Assembly (NCBI RefSeq): GCF_030144855.1
Contig: NC_082724.1
Span: 27,528,001-27,592,000, forward strand
Source of the DNA: Hypanus sabinus
Lineage: Eukaryota
Length of the DNA: 64,000 bases
Direction: 5' to 3'
Below, piece by piece: positions 13,401 through 26,809 of this stretch. The first letter of the stretch is position 1. The number at the start of each line of letters is the position of its first letter. The notes beneath the pieces were generated by a model. The model worked only from the letters and a program-made list of their open reading frames with translations. It was not told the origin of the DNA and made no database searches. The position numbers and the translations under genes are program-made.

Positions 13401-14109
13401 ATAATTCAACACATTTGCATATCTTCTGCATTTGCACTGATTGACACTGAAATGTTACTGCAGGGCTTTTTCCCAAGCCGCCTGCCAGATTTTGAAACCT
13501 GCACACTTACAAGAAGTAATTGCTGCTCAGTGATATTTTCCACTCATGTCTAATAATAGTTGCAGTGAGAAGCTGAAGTTGCTGGGATAAAGCGTGCAAA
13601 TGTGTATGTTTGTGCATGAAGTTACCCACAGAAGAGAGAATAGAATATATTAATCTAATTGAGATACTCATTGTATGGTAATTATATTTCTAATTTATGC
13701 TAGTTTAGATGGCATTGCACTCTAAATCACATGAAAGGACAGAAACAACATTGTGCCATTTCATTCTAGTGAAGCCAGCAGCACCAGATAAAAAACTATT
13801 TTGTATTCCAGTAGCCAAATTCACATTATAGTAACCACTGTAGATTCAAAGTAAGTAAAAGACAATGCCACGCTTTCCCTTTATATCCATGCAGTTTTGC
13901 TTTATCATGTTAAAAGTTAGACTATTGTTGGATTTTCTGAGGATAAAAATGTACATGAATCAGTAACATTGTTCGTATCTGGAATGAAATGTAAAAGAGC
14001 CCCAAGGGATCACTGCAGTTCCTCTGGGCAATGTCCTTGATCCAACTGTATTTACCATTGTATTTAATAGTAATTGCCAGTGCTGAGCTCTGCACTATCA
14101 TCGTCCAGG

Positions 14110-15905
14110 GTGAATTGTACGGTCTGGTAAGGAGCAAGGACAAGGGTGGTAAGGTAATTACAGAGACTGTCATAAAGGCAGGAATGGCTTCTGGATGTTC
14201 TGGGGTTTAGATGTCTCAAAACAGAAAAAGAGGGAAGTAAAAGAGGTGGTGGAGTGGCATTGTTAATCAAGGATAGTATCACAGTTGCAGGAAGAGAATT
14301 ATTGCGATTATTCGATAGCCTCCCAAATATCACCAGAGACTCTGAGGAGCAGATCAATAGGCAGATTTTGCAAACATGCAGAAATAAGAGGGTTCTAGTC
14401 GTTAGTGACTTCAACTTCCCTAATGTTAAATGGCAACTCTCTAGTTCAAATGGTTTAGCTGGGGCAAAATTTGTTAGGTGTGACCAGAAATTATTCCTGA
14501 TACAATATATAGACAAGCTAATTAGGAGTGAGGCTATACTGGATCTGCTACTAGACAATAAAGCTGGTCACGTAACAGATCTCTTGGCGGGTGAGCATTT
14601 TGGAGATAATGACCATAACCCCTTAACCTTTACCATAGCCTTGGATAAAGACTGAAGCTGATGGTGTAGAAAAGTTTTTAATTGGGGGAGGGTTAATTAC
14701 ATAGTATTGGGCAAAAACTTGGAAGTATAAATAGGGAACAGATGTTTTCAGAAATATATACAACAAAAATATGAAGGTTGTTAAGGGAGCATTTGCATTG
14801 GGTTTGGAATGGACTTGCCCATTGATGATAGAGTGAAGGAACCATGGATAACTTGAGAAGTATAATATTTAGTCAAGAGTAAGAAGAAAGCATATTTAAG
14901 CTTTAGGAACAATAATCAGACAAGGCTCTTGAGAGTAACATAGTAGCTAGACAGAATCGTAAGAAGCTACTTAGAAGAGCTAGAAAGGGCATGAGAAAGT
15001 CTTGGCATGTAGGATTAAGGAAAACCCAAGACATTCTATACATATGTGAAGAACAGGAGGAATGCTAAGATAACTAGAATGAGGGTATGACTGATCGTGG
15101 ATAAAAGTGAAACATGTCTGTAGTCAGAGAAGGTTGGGTTCTTCAATGAATACTTTGCTTCAGTATTCACCAATGAAAGTGGCCTTGACTAATGTGTGGT
15201 CAGTGTAGCACAGGCTAGTATGCTGGTACATGTTGAAGTTCAGGAGGCTATGTTGAAACTTCCGAAAAACATTAGGGTAGGTAAATACCTAAACCAGACA
15301 GGATATACCCCTGTTTACTACGGGAAGCTAGAGAAGAGGTTGCTGTGCCATTGCCAATTATCTTGGTGTCCTCACTGGCCACAGATGTATGACCAAAAGA
15401 TTGGAGGATGGCAAATGTTACTCCTTTATTCAAAAAATGTAATAGGGATAATCTGGGAATTATACACCTGTGAGTTTAATATCACTTTGGGCAAACTTTT
15501 GGAGAGGATTCTTAGAAGCAAGATTTACAAGCATTTGTAGAAACATAGTCTGATTAAAGCTTTTCAGCATGGCTTTCTGAGGGGCAAGTTGTACCTCACA
15601 AGTTTGATTGACTGTTTCAAAGAGGTTACAAAATAAATTGATGAAGGTATAGTGCTTAACAAGGTTCCCATCGTAGGCTTATTCAAAGTCAGGAGGCATG
15701 CAATACAGGAAATCTTGGTTGTGTACATTCAGAATTAGTTTGCCTTCAGAAGGCAAAGGGTGGTAGCAAATGGAGGTCTTCCTGGAGGTCTGTAACTAGT
15801 TGTGCTCTGCAGGGGTATGTTCTCGGACCCTTGAAGAAGTGGAGGGTGGCATAGTAAGTTTGCATAAGACTCCAAAGTTGGTGGTGCTGTAGATAGTGCA
15901 GGATG
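14110..15905 (+). mobile_element. CR1 LINE, APE endonuclease to RT, degenerate
   Basis: ORF 14254-14655 VLVVSDFNFPNVKW..EAILDLLL..GDNDHN (APE endonuclease); ORF 15196-15540 LGKLLERILRSKIYKHL. Confidence 0.9.
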
Positions 15906-16114
15906 TTATCATATTATCTTACCATCTCCTGATGAGCCTGTCATTGAACATGTATGCATTATGTATATTTACGCTGTGTTAATTATATTTATGTTTGCCT
16001 TCATTTTGTAATGGACTACACCGCTGCTGCAGAACACCAATTTTCATGGTATTTATATCCTGCGCTTATCTGTCTACGACTATGAACTTGAACTTGTGGA
16101 CTGCAGCTGTTAAA

Positions 16115-16218
16115 GAAGATGGCTCATCACCATTTTCATAAGGGCAATTAGGAATGGATAATAAATGCTGGCTTTGCTATTGATGCCTATATCCATAAAA
16201 CTAATAAGTAAATAAAAA
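16115..16218 (+). repeat. Old chondrichthyan LINE/SINE 3' tail
   Basis: ggctcatcaccattttcataagggcaattaggaatggataataaatgctggc..taaataaaaaaa; an antisense remnant of the same motif lies at ~31182-31215. Confidence 0.5.
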
Positions 16219-17929
16219 AATGTCCAATACATTTATGTTTGTTGTATTGCATTTATCAAAAATGAATCAGCCATTGTAAAAGAAGAATTGTGGGAACTTT
16301 AAAAATTATGCTGCTTTGGAATTATCTCTTTAATGATTCATCTAGATTAGAAAAATGGTTTCAAATGGTCTAATTAATTATTGATTTTAGATTTAAAAAT
16401 GAATGATCTGAAAACAAATCTTCTCATTTATGAATGGGATGAACGAAACCCCTACCGGTACAAAATATATATTCTGTTCATAATTTTACACTATGCTACT
16501 ACTCCCTTTGCTTCATTATATTTTTGGATAAAGATTTATATTGGGATTGATGTCTTTGTTCTATGGTAGTTTCACACAGTTATTTTTCACCTTAATATTT
16601 TGAAGCTTATCACTGTTTTATCATTGTTCAGACAAAAATAAAATCAGTCACTTCAGATCATGACATTTGTTAAAGAGAACTGATGTACGTGCAAAAATGT
16701 CAGTCCATCATTCTGTAAGCTTTGCCAATTTATTATGTATAGGCTTTCACAAGCTGGGTATGAAATTGATTTTTTTCATATGCCTGATGCATTATTTCTA
16801 TCAATGGTTACTCAGAATGTAATATATTAATAAAGGTTAATGAATTTTCAATGGCATTGTTCATTATAGGTCAAATTGTTTGTTTTCCATTGTGCTCTGT
16901 TCTAACAGATAATGTAATTATTCTGTTGGTGAGGTGAAGTTGTTTTTCTTTGAGTTGAGCTAGGAGATGTAATTGACCACTGGGTTGAAATCAGTGTTTA
17001 ATTGGATAGCAGATCACAGTCTTGGCTTCCCATTTCTTTGAAAGGAGTATAATTAGTAAGGTCAGGTTATAACTCTTGTTTTCTGAATTAAATGGGTACT
17101 TTTGTTTTTTTATGCCATCTTTTTTGAAGAGTCACACTAAAAACCACATTAATGATTGATGTGCAGTGGACTAAAAATGCGCAGTAAATATGCTATTTTA
17201 ATGGCCTCCGTGCTCAGCAGGAAGCCTTGACAACAAGTTGCAACTATGAGGCATTTTGCAAAGGTTGCAGGCAGTTTGCCCCATGCAGCTGAATTTCGTA
17301 ATGTATGCACACCAACTTTCTTTGGAAATTTAGGCCATTGAAGTTGATTCTTTGGTCCTGTGCAGTAAGGTAGTGCGTGATTTCACTTTTCAGGGAGCAA
17401 CCACCACTGTCTTCCCCATTCTGTTTTCCTTGGACCAGTGCAGTGGTAATGCACTGCATGAAAGTTCCTCCTATACACTTCGTGTCGTGTCAGTATCCTA
17501 GCTGGTTGCACCATATCAGCTTCTGAAATTAAAGAAGGGGGCAAGGATTGGTTTTTGGGTAAAAGGATGAAAATGTTTGCAGCTTCCCTAGCAGACTGTA
17601 CAAGGTGAATTGAAAGCATGTGTCCTGAAAACATAACGAGTAGGAGCTGAGGTATTCAGATCATGTGGTTATGTTGGCAAGACTAGCTGGTGTGTTGAGT
17701 GCTAGACACACGAGGTTGAGTGTGAGAGATTGAGAGGAAGGAATAATGTGCAATGCTTATAAAGGGAAAGCTGAAGGTTTTGTGTGCAGTAAAGATAGAG
17801 GTGACGATCTGGGGCGTAGGAATCCTTATCTTGGCAGTCATTGCAAGTCCGTGTCTAATTAAAAACTAATGAGCTAGGATTCTTCCTTTACTACCCTTTA
17901 AAGAAAAATCCACATCTATTTTGGGAACT

Positions 17930-20320
17930 TCATCATTTGGTCTAACTGGTCCATACTGACCAAGGTGCCTATCCAAGCTCATCCCTCTTGCCAACATAAC
18001 TTTTTAACTTTTCTGATCCGTATACATACACTGCCTTTTAAAAGTTATTATTGTACTTACCTCAAGTACTTCCTCTGACAGCTCATTCCGTATACATAAC
18101 ATCTCAAGTGGTGAAAAAGTAGCCCCTCAAGTTCCTCTTGAATCTCTCCCCTCTCACCTTAAACCTATGCCCTCTACTTCTTGATTCCACAATTCTGAGG
18201 ATTGGGGGGGGAGTGTATTCATCCCATGTACAGCAGTCATTATGTTATGCATCTGTGCAAGATCACCCCTGTGTCCTATGCACTAGGAAATAAAAGTCCC
18301 AGCTTGTCCAATCTCTTTCAGTCCCTCAACATCCTTATAACTAGCCAAGATGACAGCGCGACGCAGCTTGCAGCAGCCACTCCGGAGCTGATATCTGTTA
18401 TTTGTTAAGCAGGGTGCCGTGCACAATCCTAATCTGATGAAAAACAGACATGGGAGCACGGAGGAACATCTGGAAATCTCCAGGAAGCCCCTCTTCATTG
18501 CTGCTGCTGCTGCTGTGAGGTCCGGGTCTCTGCTGAGAAGAACAGGCCCCCAGTCCTCGGGGTTGCGTTGCCGGTGGCCTTTGGCGGGGGTGTCTTAATA
18601 CGCTTGGCAGAGGATGATGCTCGGAGAAGCTGTGCCGGAGGGGATGGTCGGAGGCTCAGAGGTTGGACAGACTCGGAGTCCTCTGCGGTCAGGTCGCTTT
18701 CAGTGTATGCTGTGTCTGCGAGGCTGAGTCGGGCGGCGCCGTGGAAGTCCATAGCAGGAGTACTCCCTTCTGCCGTCTGCGTGGGATGACGAATCTACTC
18801 TTGTGAACTTGTGGAAACTGTGTGGTGGTTTCTTTTGAACTTATAGTCTTTTAACATCTTTGGACTATTTTTACTGTGTCCATTGTCTTTTTTTTTATCA
18901 ATTATGCTATTGTTTGAACTGTTGTAACTATGTGGTTTTGTGCAGGTCTTGTAGCTTTAGTTTTTGGTCTTGTCTGTCAGGTGGGTTTGGAGCTCCTTTT
19001 TGCGGAACGTGCTAAGATGGTAGCGCAATATTAATATGCAGCAGCCTCTCCGGACTCTGGATTGGGAATTGCCAAACGTTATGTGGATTTTCTGGTGTAG
19101 TCTGTTTTGTCATGAGCTTTTGTGATATCATTCTGGGGGAACATTGTCTCATTTTTAAACTGCATTGCATTTGCGGTTTCTAAGTGACAATAAACTGAAA
19201 CTGAACTGATAAATCTTTTCTACACTCTTTCTAGTTTAATGATATATTTCCTATAGCAGGGCAACCAAAACCAAACGTAATACTCCAAGGGTGGTTTCAA
19301 CAGCAGGTACCTGTACACCTGCAGCATGACCTCCCAACTTTTATACTCTGTCTTGACTTATGAAGGCAAGCATGCCAAAAGCCACATTCATCTTCCTCTG
19401 TACTGGTGCCGCTACTTTCCATGAACCATGTACTTGTATTCCAAGGTCCCTCTGTTCTACAGCATTCCCCAGTACCCTGCCATTTGCAGTAAAAGTCCAT
19501 ACCTGAATTTGACTTTCCAAAATGTAACACTTGGCACCTATCTGAATTAAACTCCATTTGCAATTCCTTAGCCCACTTACTCAGCCAATCAAGATCCCAC
19601 AGTAATTTTTGATAACTTTCATTGTCTACGATATAACCTACTTTAGTGTCATATACAAACTTACTAATTCTTATTCTTATTCACGTAATTGTTATAAATG
19701 ACAAACAACAATGGGCCAAGCGCTGCAAATGACAATTTGCCCAGCGCCAGTCGCTGAGCTACACCTCTAGTCACGCACCTCCAGTCCGAAAAATAACCTG
19801 CCACCATTACCATCTGCTTTATATTATCAAGCCAATTATGTATCTAATTAACTAGCTCTCTGATCACTTGCCTGGATTCTATGAAATCTAACCTTCCAGA
19901 GTAGTCTACCATGTGGAACCTTATCAGAGGTCTTGCTGAAGTCCATTTAAGTTATGTCTACCATCCTGCCCTGTTTAATTTTCTTGGTCACCTCATCAAA
20001 ATAATCAATAATTCCTCATGCTAACTACCCCAAGTTAATGACTGTCTTTCCAGCTGAATGTATATCTTATCCCTCAAAATCCTCTCCCTGACCACAGATG
20101 TTTGACTAACTAACCTGTAGTTCCCAGGTTTTCCTTTACTGCCATTCTTAAATAAAGACATAACATTCGCTACCCTCCAGTCTCCCCTCCAGCGCATCAC
20201 CCATGGCTACTAAAGATGGAAGTATCTCAGAGAAGGATCCCAAAACTTCTTTAGTCTCCCGCAATGCTCTTAGATACACATGGTCAGACCCTGGAGATTT
20301 GTCTACCTTCATACCTTTGA
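17930..20320 (-). mobile_element. CR1 LINE (RT to 3' end), interrupted by an insertion at 18341-19208
   Basis: Minus ORF 19297-19563 QMEFNSDRCQVLHFGKSN; the CR1 sequence aacatccttataa|atcttttctacac resumes across the insert. Confidence 0.88.
18341..19208 (+). mobile_element. Non-autonomous retroposon, 868 bp, CpG-rich, AAGATG head and Rex1-type tail
   Basis: ATAA duplicated at 18337-18340 and 19209-19212; starts ctagcCAAGATGACAGCGCG; ends gacAATAAActgaaactgaactg; no recognisable coding capacity. Confidence 0.75.
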
Positions 20321-20457
20321 AGACAAGTAACTAATTAAGGTAGTATCAGTTCACTGCACCTTTTCCGGGATAAACATGCATTGGACATTACGAGAGATGC
20401 ACAAGAAAGCTGTTTACACCTTTTAGGTAATACTTGAAGTCATAACCCACAGAGATA

Positions 20458-21083
20458 AATAAACTGGACTGGTCAAAGAACACTGAGGCTGTCTACAAGA
20501 AGGGTCAGAGCCGTCTCTATTTCCTGAGGAGACTGAGGTTCTTTAACATCTGCCGGACGATGCTGAGGATGTCCTACGAGGCTGTGGTGGCCAGTGCTAT
20601 CATGTTGGCTATTGTGTGCTGGGGCAGCAGGCTGAGGGTAGCAGGCACTGACAGAAACAACAAACTCATTCATAAGGCCAGTGATGTTGTGGGGTTGGAA
20701 CTGGACTCTCTGATGGTGTCTGAAAAGAGGATGCTGTCCAAGTTGCATGCCATCTTGGACAATGACTCCCATCCACTCCATAATGTACTGGTTAGGCACA
20801 GGGGTACATTCAGCCAGAGACTCATTCCACTGAGATGTAACACTGAGCATCATAGGAAGTCATTCCTGCCTGTGGCCATCAAACTTAACAACTCCTCCCT
20901 CGGAGTGTCAGACACCCTGAGCCAATAGGCTGGTCCTGGACTTATTTCCACTTGGCATGATTAACTTATTATTATTTAATTATTTATGGTTTTATATTGC
21001 TATATTTCTACACTATTCTTGGTGCAGCTGTAACGAAACCCAGTTTCCCTCGGGATCAATAAAGTATGACTGTCTGTCTGTCT
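20458..21083 (+). mobile_element. Young Rex1 LINE 3' fragment with uninterrupted ORF C-terminus
   Basis: Open frame 20458-20928 NKLDWSKNTEAVYKKGQSRLYFLRRLR...SHPLH...RKSFLPVAIKL; 3' UTR ends gggatcAATAAAgtatgac(tgtc)3. Confidence 0.9.
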
Positions 21084-21632
21084 AAAGCAAAAATTGGAAA
21101 AAGCAAGCTGATTTGGAGCTTTGATATTTTTCAGGTGATGAAATCATTTCCTTTTCTGTATACTCTGTATATTTTAACTGGCAATCTACCCATCATTGCT
21201 GGAAGTATGAGTATGGTACTGTTTTGTTTCAATCATTTTATGAAAAAGACAACATTGCTGCACTTTACAAATAGAAGTAGTACTTGGTATGTATATCGAT
21301 ATGTAACTCTATGTGAGATGAGATCTGTTGTGATGTGACTGATGTTACTTTGCACAAATTTCCAATATTACTGGAGGCATTTTGTTTCCTTTAGTGAGAG
21401 TTGCTTCCACTTGCATGGCACCTGTCATTTCCTTTTTCTCTGGTTGTGACATTGCAGGTCCCCAAAGGAGAACAGTGTGGAGCCCTAAGGCAAATTGAAA
21501 CCTGTCATCTTTCCAAAACTATTTTTTCCATATGTGCTAGTTCAGGGAGCCCTTTGGGTACCAGTGAAGAGAAATGTCACCATAAACCATTGGTTGTGTG
21601 TTCACAAAATTACTTTTAAACTTAATCTTTTT

Positions 21633-22190
21633 CAAAGTTCAAAGTATATTTCTTATCAAAGCACATGTATGTTATCATATACGCTACTTTAAAATTCATT
21701 TTCTTGCAGGTATTTACAGAAAAAAGATATGAAACATAATTTTCAAAACTACTATATGTAAAAAATGACTAAACAAACAACCAATGTGCAAAAGAAGACA
21801 AAATGGGCAAATAAAAATAATACTAAGGAAATGAGTTCTAAAGAGTCATTGAAAGTGAGGCTGTAGCTCATAGTATCAGTTCAAAGTAGTGGTGAATAAA
21901 GTGATCCATGCAGGTTCAGGAGCCTGATGGTTGTAGAGTAATAACTGTTTGTGAACCTAAGACTCCTGTACCTCCTATGTGATGGTATTAGCAAGAAGGC
22001 GACATGGCCTGGATGGACAATGGATCCAGCTTTCCTGTGGCTGTGCTCCATAGTGGAAGGGCTTTTTCTGTGATGGACTGGGCTATGTCAACCACTTTCT
22101 ATAGCCTTTTCCATTCCTGGGTGTTTCCATACCAGACCATGGTGCAACCAGTTAGGATACTTTCCAATGTACATCTGTAGAAGTTTGTTA
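21633..22190 (-). mobile_element. Rex1/Babar-type LINE 3' fragment
   Basis: Tail caaagttcaaagt and body homologous to 32075-33040 and 41542-42330. Confidence 0.75.
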
Positions 22191-23999
22191 GCTTTCTATA
22201 GAAGTTTTGAAATATATTAAAACCATTATCCAAAGGGAAAAATGTCTTTTTATCTCCTTAAGGACCTCTTTCCTCTTAGGCCTACTCAAAGCCTTTGATT
22301 TTCTAATGATTTTGTAGGCAGCCAAGAATTGTAAGTCCTTTTGTATAGTTGAGCAAACCTCTGCTTTGAGTAGAATTGCCTGCCTTACTTTCAAAATGGG
22401 GCAAATTGTTAAAATAACAGGATCATATTAACTGCCAGGTTTGTTAGTGCTCATTGTTTGCAACTGAAATCAGTGTGCCAAGAAGAGGAAGATTAGCTCA
22501 GTTTGAGTTTGAGGAGCATGAATTATTCCATTTTAATAACATTCAAGATTTAGCTTTGGTACAATTCTTTTCAGGAATAGATGCAAAAACAAAAATGAGA
22601 ATTTCAAAGTTAAGTGGCAAGGATTTAATTGTAAGCCATTTATTGATGAGCAAGTTTTTTGTAGCCCACAATTAATCTACAAATACTGTATAGGTCTTGG
22701 GTATTTGAATTCCTGGGCATAACATAAATAAATACCACATGACATCTTTTCACCCAATGAAATTTGTAACCATTCTGTATTGAGCCCAGACATACAGTGA
22801 GATAATCAAGTGCCAAGCTGTCTGTTCAGGAAAGGAATATTAAGATCAGGCAAGGGAAGAGAGAGTGAAAATGGGGAATGACAAGCCTATTAGACAGACG
22901 CAAATAATTGGGGAACATGCTGAGTAATAACAGTGCACTTAAGCTATAATTAATGCAGGAGTGTCAGTGGGAATAATGTAAAAGAATAATGGGAATAATC
23001 GGAATAATTTCAGATTCCAAAGTAATTTGGTCAGGTCAATATTATTGTCCAAAATTAGAAGTTAACCTGTGGTTAAGGATAATATATTAGCATAGATTGG
23101 TTTAAAAATGAAAAGAAATAACCTTATTGTCTTGGATCTGATCTTCTGCCTCATCATGTTGCCTGCAGAACTTATCTGACCATGCTACCTTGTATCAGAT
23201 ACAGAGCTCTGACAGTACTGATCAAATGTGAACAAGTTTAAACATGAGTTTGTTCAATCCCATCCCAGAATAATCTGCAACCTCAACATCTTCGCATTGC
23301 TCTTAAATGCCTCCTGCGCAATGTTGAGGCTAGAAGTTTTTGTTCGATGATGTTCATCATTTAAGCAGTACTAGTATGTAACAATGCTATCAAATGAATT
23401 TATGATGTAATCATCATGATCTGGACTGTTTGGAGTTCTTGTTTTGATGCTCCAGTCTCTTGTGGATGTTATCAGCATATTCCATCAAAATACATTGCAG
23501 TTGGAAATGAAGATTGTGTTACACCTCTAAAGAAACATTTCCAACATTGTACATATGGGTGTGTTTTTCATAAGATGGAAGATGGTGAGGGTTGTCATGA
23601 GGGACTGAAGGTAAACTATTTTACCTAAAAACAAAAATATGCCTAGGAGTTTAAAGAAGCAGAAATGAAACATTGAAGTTCCCAACTATAGGTACTGTGA
23701 CTACATGAGAATCAGTGGGTCATTTTAGGGAAAGAGAAAGAGAGGATAAAGGCATAGCTGCAAATGCTCTTAAAGATGTACCAAACCAATTTTAAAGTAA
23801 AGTTAAAATGACACATTGAGCAGACTACATAGAATATAAAGTTAAAATACACAAGAGTGTACAGATAACATTCAGCAGGATGGAGCATTTCAGTTCTCAG
23901 GAGAGACTGGAGTGACTGGATATGTTGGCCCTTGCCCAGATGGTGTCCTTGGCTGTGACCTTAGTTTCTGCGCAGATCAGCTGGTGGGGGTATTTTCCA

Positions 24000-24975
24000 A
24001 GATAACATGCTTTATTGACTACTGACTAGTGCCTCTGACTCCAGCCTCCCAGACAACCTCGACCTGCTGCAATTTGTCTATAGCTGAGAAAGTTCTACAG
24101 TAGACACTATCTCTTGGTCCTACACTCATCTTTGGAACATCTGAACATTAAGGCACCAATGTTAGACTATTGTTAATTGATTACAGCTCAGCTTTCAATA
24201 CTATAATTCCAAGCAAACTCATCTCCAAGCTTCTAGACCTGGGACTTAGCACCTCCCTTTCCAATTGTATCCTTCACTTCCTGACCAATAGACTGCAATG
24301 AGAAAGAGTAGGTGATGACATCTCTGCCATGATTATCCTCAACAGTGGTGCAAAGCTGCATCCTCAATCTCCTACTCTACCTCCAACTGTGTGTCCAGAT
24401 TCTACTTCCTTCATCAGTTTGCAGATGATACCATGTCTCAAATAATGATTAGTCAGAGCACTGAAAGGAAATAGAGAGCTTAGTGATATGATGTCATGAC
24501 AACCGTCTTTCAATGTCTGCAAAACAAAAGGTTTCAGGGAGAGTGCAGCATGCATGCTCCTGTTGGTATCATCAGTGCTGAGGTTGAGAGGGTTGAGAGT
24601 CTCAAGATTCCATGAGTAAACATCATCAATAACCTGTCCTGTTCCAAACACAGTGCCCCCACTTCCTCAGGAGGCAAAGATGTTTAGCATTACCCGTTTA
24701 AGCATCACCAATATTTATTGCTGCAGTATAGTGACATCCAGAATCCTACCCAGATGCACCACTGCATAGTATGGCAACTGCTCGGCCCCTGACTGCAAGA
24801 AACTGCAGAAAATTGTGGCCTCATCTCAGCACATCAGGGAAACCAGCCTCCCCACCATGGACTCTGTCTATATATCTCACTCTCTCTGTAAGGCAGCCAG
24901 TATAATCAAAGACACCACTAACTCTGCCATTCTCACTTTTCCCCTCTACCACTGGACAGAATATACAAGAGAAGT
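24000..24975 (+). mobile_element. Rex1/Babar-type LINE, degenerate RT
   Basis: [41 protein letters not shown] motifs; KAASIIKD in ORF 24815-25006. Confidence 0.85.
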
Positions 24976-25009
24976 TTTCACTATACCTCAGTACATGAGA
25001 CAATAACCC

Positions 25010-25390
25010 AGTTTAGTTCACTGTTATCCTTGGAGCAGAGGTAACTGAGGGAAGTCCTGACTGAGGTGCACAAAATTACGAGAGGCATAAATAAGGTAGT
25101 TAGCAAGAAACATTTCCCCCAAAATTGCAGAGCATATATTGAAGATAAAGATTGAAGAAGTAGATCTAAGGAAGAATTTTTTTCATCCCAAAGATGTTTA
25201 CAATCTGGAAAACACTTCCTGAGTGACTGGTGGATGCAGGGACTCTTAGAACATCTGTTTAAGTATCTCGACACGCATTTAAATCACCAAGGCATAAAAG
25301 GTTATGGACAAAGTGCTGGTAAATGGGCTGAATAAAGATAAATACTTGATGGTTGATATAGCCATTGCAAGCTGAGAAGCTTGTCTGTGT
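25010..25390 (+). mobile_element. CR1 3' fragment, old
   Basis: Decayed LEQR.LR..L.EVHKITRGI; ends aaggttatggacaaagtgctggtaaatggg. Confidence 0.7.
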
Positions 25391-26235
25391 CCTAAAAGAC
25401 TGTGTGAAGTGGCTTGAAAATAGTGACACCCATTTGGTAGGAAAAGAAAGAAAATCACAACGTTATCATTTGACCACACACAGTTAAAGTCCCACTTATA
25501 ACTATACCAGTTGTCATTCCTTGTGCTAATATTTTTTAAAGAATTCAAGTACAACTTATTCCTCAAAAGAGGGCACAATACAGCAGTTTGTAACTCAAAG
25601 CATTATGGAATAAATAAGTGATATTTTTAATGAAATCCTAGCACAAAGAGATATTTTTCATGTCACAAAGAAAGAGTCTGCAAAATATAACTGCTACTAA
25701 TGACACAAGAATTACTTTGTGTAGCATTTACTCTAAGAGCAAAGTAATTTTACCTTAATGTGAAATAACAGGGTTTCAGAGTCACAGTCTAGATTAATAG
25801 TGATTGATCAGATTTCATTGCTGAGCTAGTTCCAGCTTATTTCATTATGGAGAAAGATATGTATGGTAAGCAGTTAATTCACATATTTTCGTAGTGAAAT
25901 GTATTTGGTATGGGTTGCTATGATGGCTAGTCTCTTGAGGTACCATAAGTCTGACTGTTCAAAAAAGTTTGGCTTCATAGCTGAAACATCATTGGAAGTA
26001 TGTTTTCAGGATTCACAAGTATGTGCCAAAGTCATGATTGAAGATAGTGTTGTTCAAGAACGACAACAATTTCAAAGATTCAAAGAGATGAATCACTGGA
26101 GACAAGGTACATATCTGATGTCCAACTAGTCCATTGTAAACCAAGGTTGGTTCCATATTAATTCGATCCAAATGAATGAAAAGTTTGAGAAATTTGTCAA
26201 AGTCACACAAGGCAAAATGACGACACCAGCAAAAA

Positions 26236-26494
26236 GTAGTGGTTAGCACAACATTCCACAGTACTAGCGACCCAGGTTTAATTCCTGCCACTGCCTGTAA
26301 GGAGTTTTATACATTCTTCCTGTGACCACATGGGTTTCCTCCATGTGCTCCAGTTTCCTCCCATATTCCAAAGATGTACCGGTTGAGAAGTTAATTGGTC
26401 AGTGTAAATTGTCTTGTGATTAGGCTAGGATTAAATCAGGTGTTGCTTGGTGGTTGATTCCACACTGTATCTCAATAAATAATAAATAAGTAAA
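26236..26494 (+). mobile_element. tRNA-derived V-SINE-like element, near full length
   Basis: A-box gtagtggttagc, B-box ggtttaattcc, V-domain tgggtttcctccatgtgctccagtttcctcccatattccaaaga, (aataa)n tail. Confidence 0.85.
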
Positions 26495-26809
26495 TGGTAT
26501 CCTTAAATCGGAAGGTCACTAATAATGAACAATAGCATTTGCCAATTTCTCATGCCCTTCAGGCACAGTTCTATACTAAAACTTGATTTGGCACATTCTG
26601 TTGAACAACCTAATATGCATGAAGATAGTCACAATTAACTTACAATCAGTGTGCATACAGGATCATGATCTTGAACTAAAATGCTCAATAGAATCAGATA
26701 TTCCCCAAAGATCTCCCAAAGTACTATGGACAACATTTTGCAAGACAGTATCAATTTTCTATGTAATCAAAATAGACCCGGCAGAACTGATGAGAAAACA
26801 CTCTTCACT

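Noticed and set aside
18495-18789. Overlapping ORFs on both strands with a poly-Q end
   Set aside because: Expected in GC-rich sequence with a short (CTG)n tract; no recognisable domain; lies inside a TSD-bounded insertion.
22968-23009. GAATAAT repeated four times
   Set aside because: Short, irregular low-complexity repeat with no spacer structure; not CRISPR-like.
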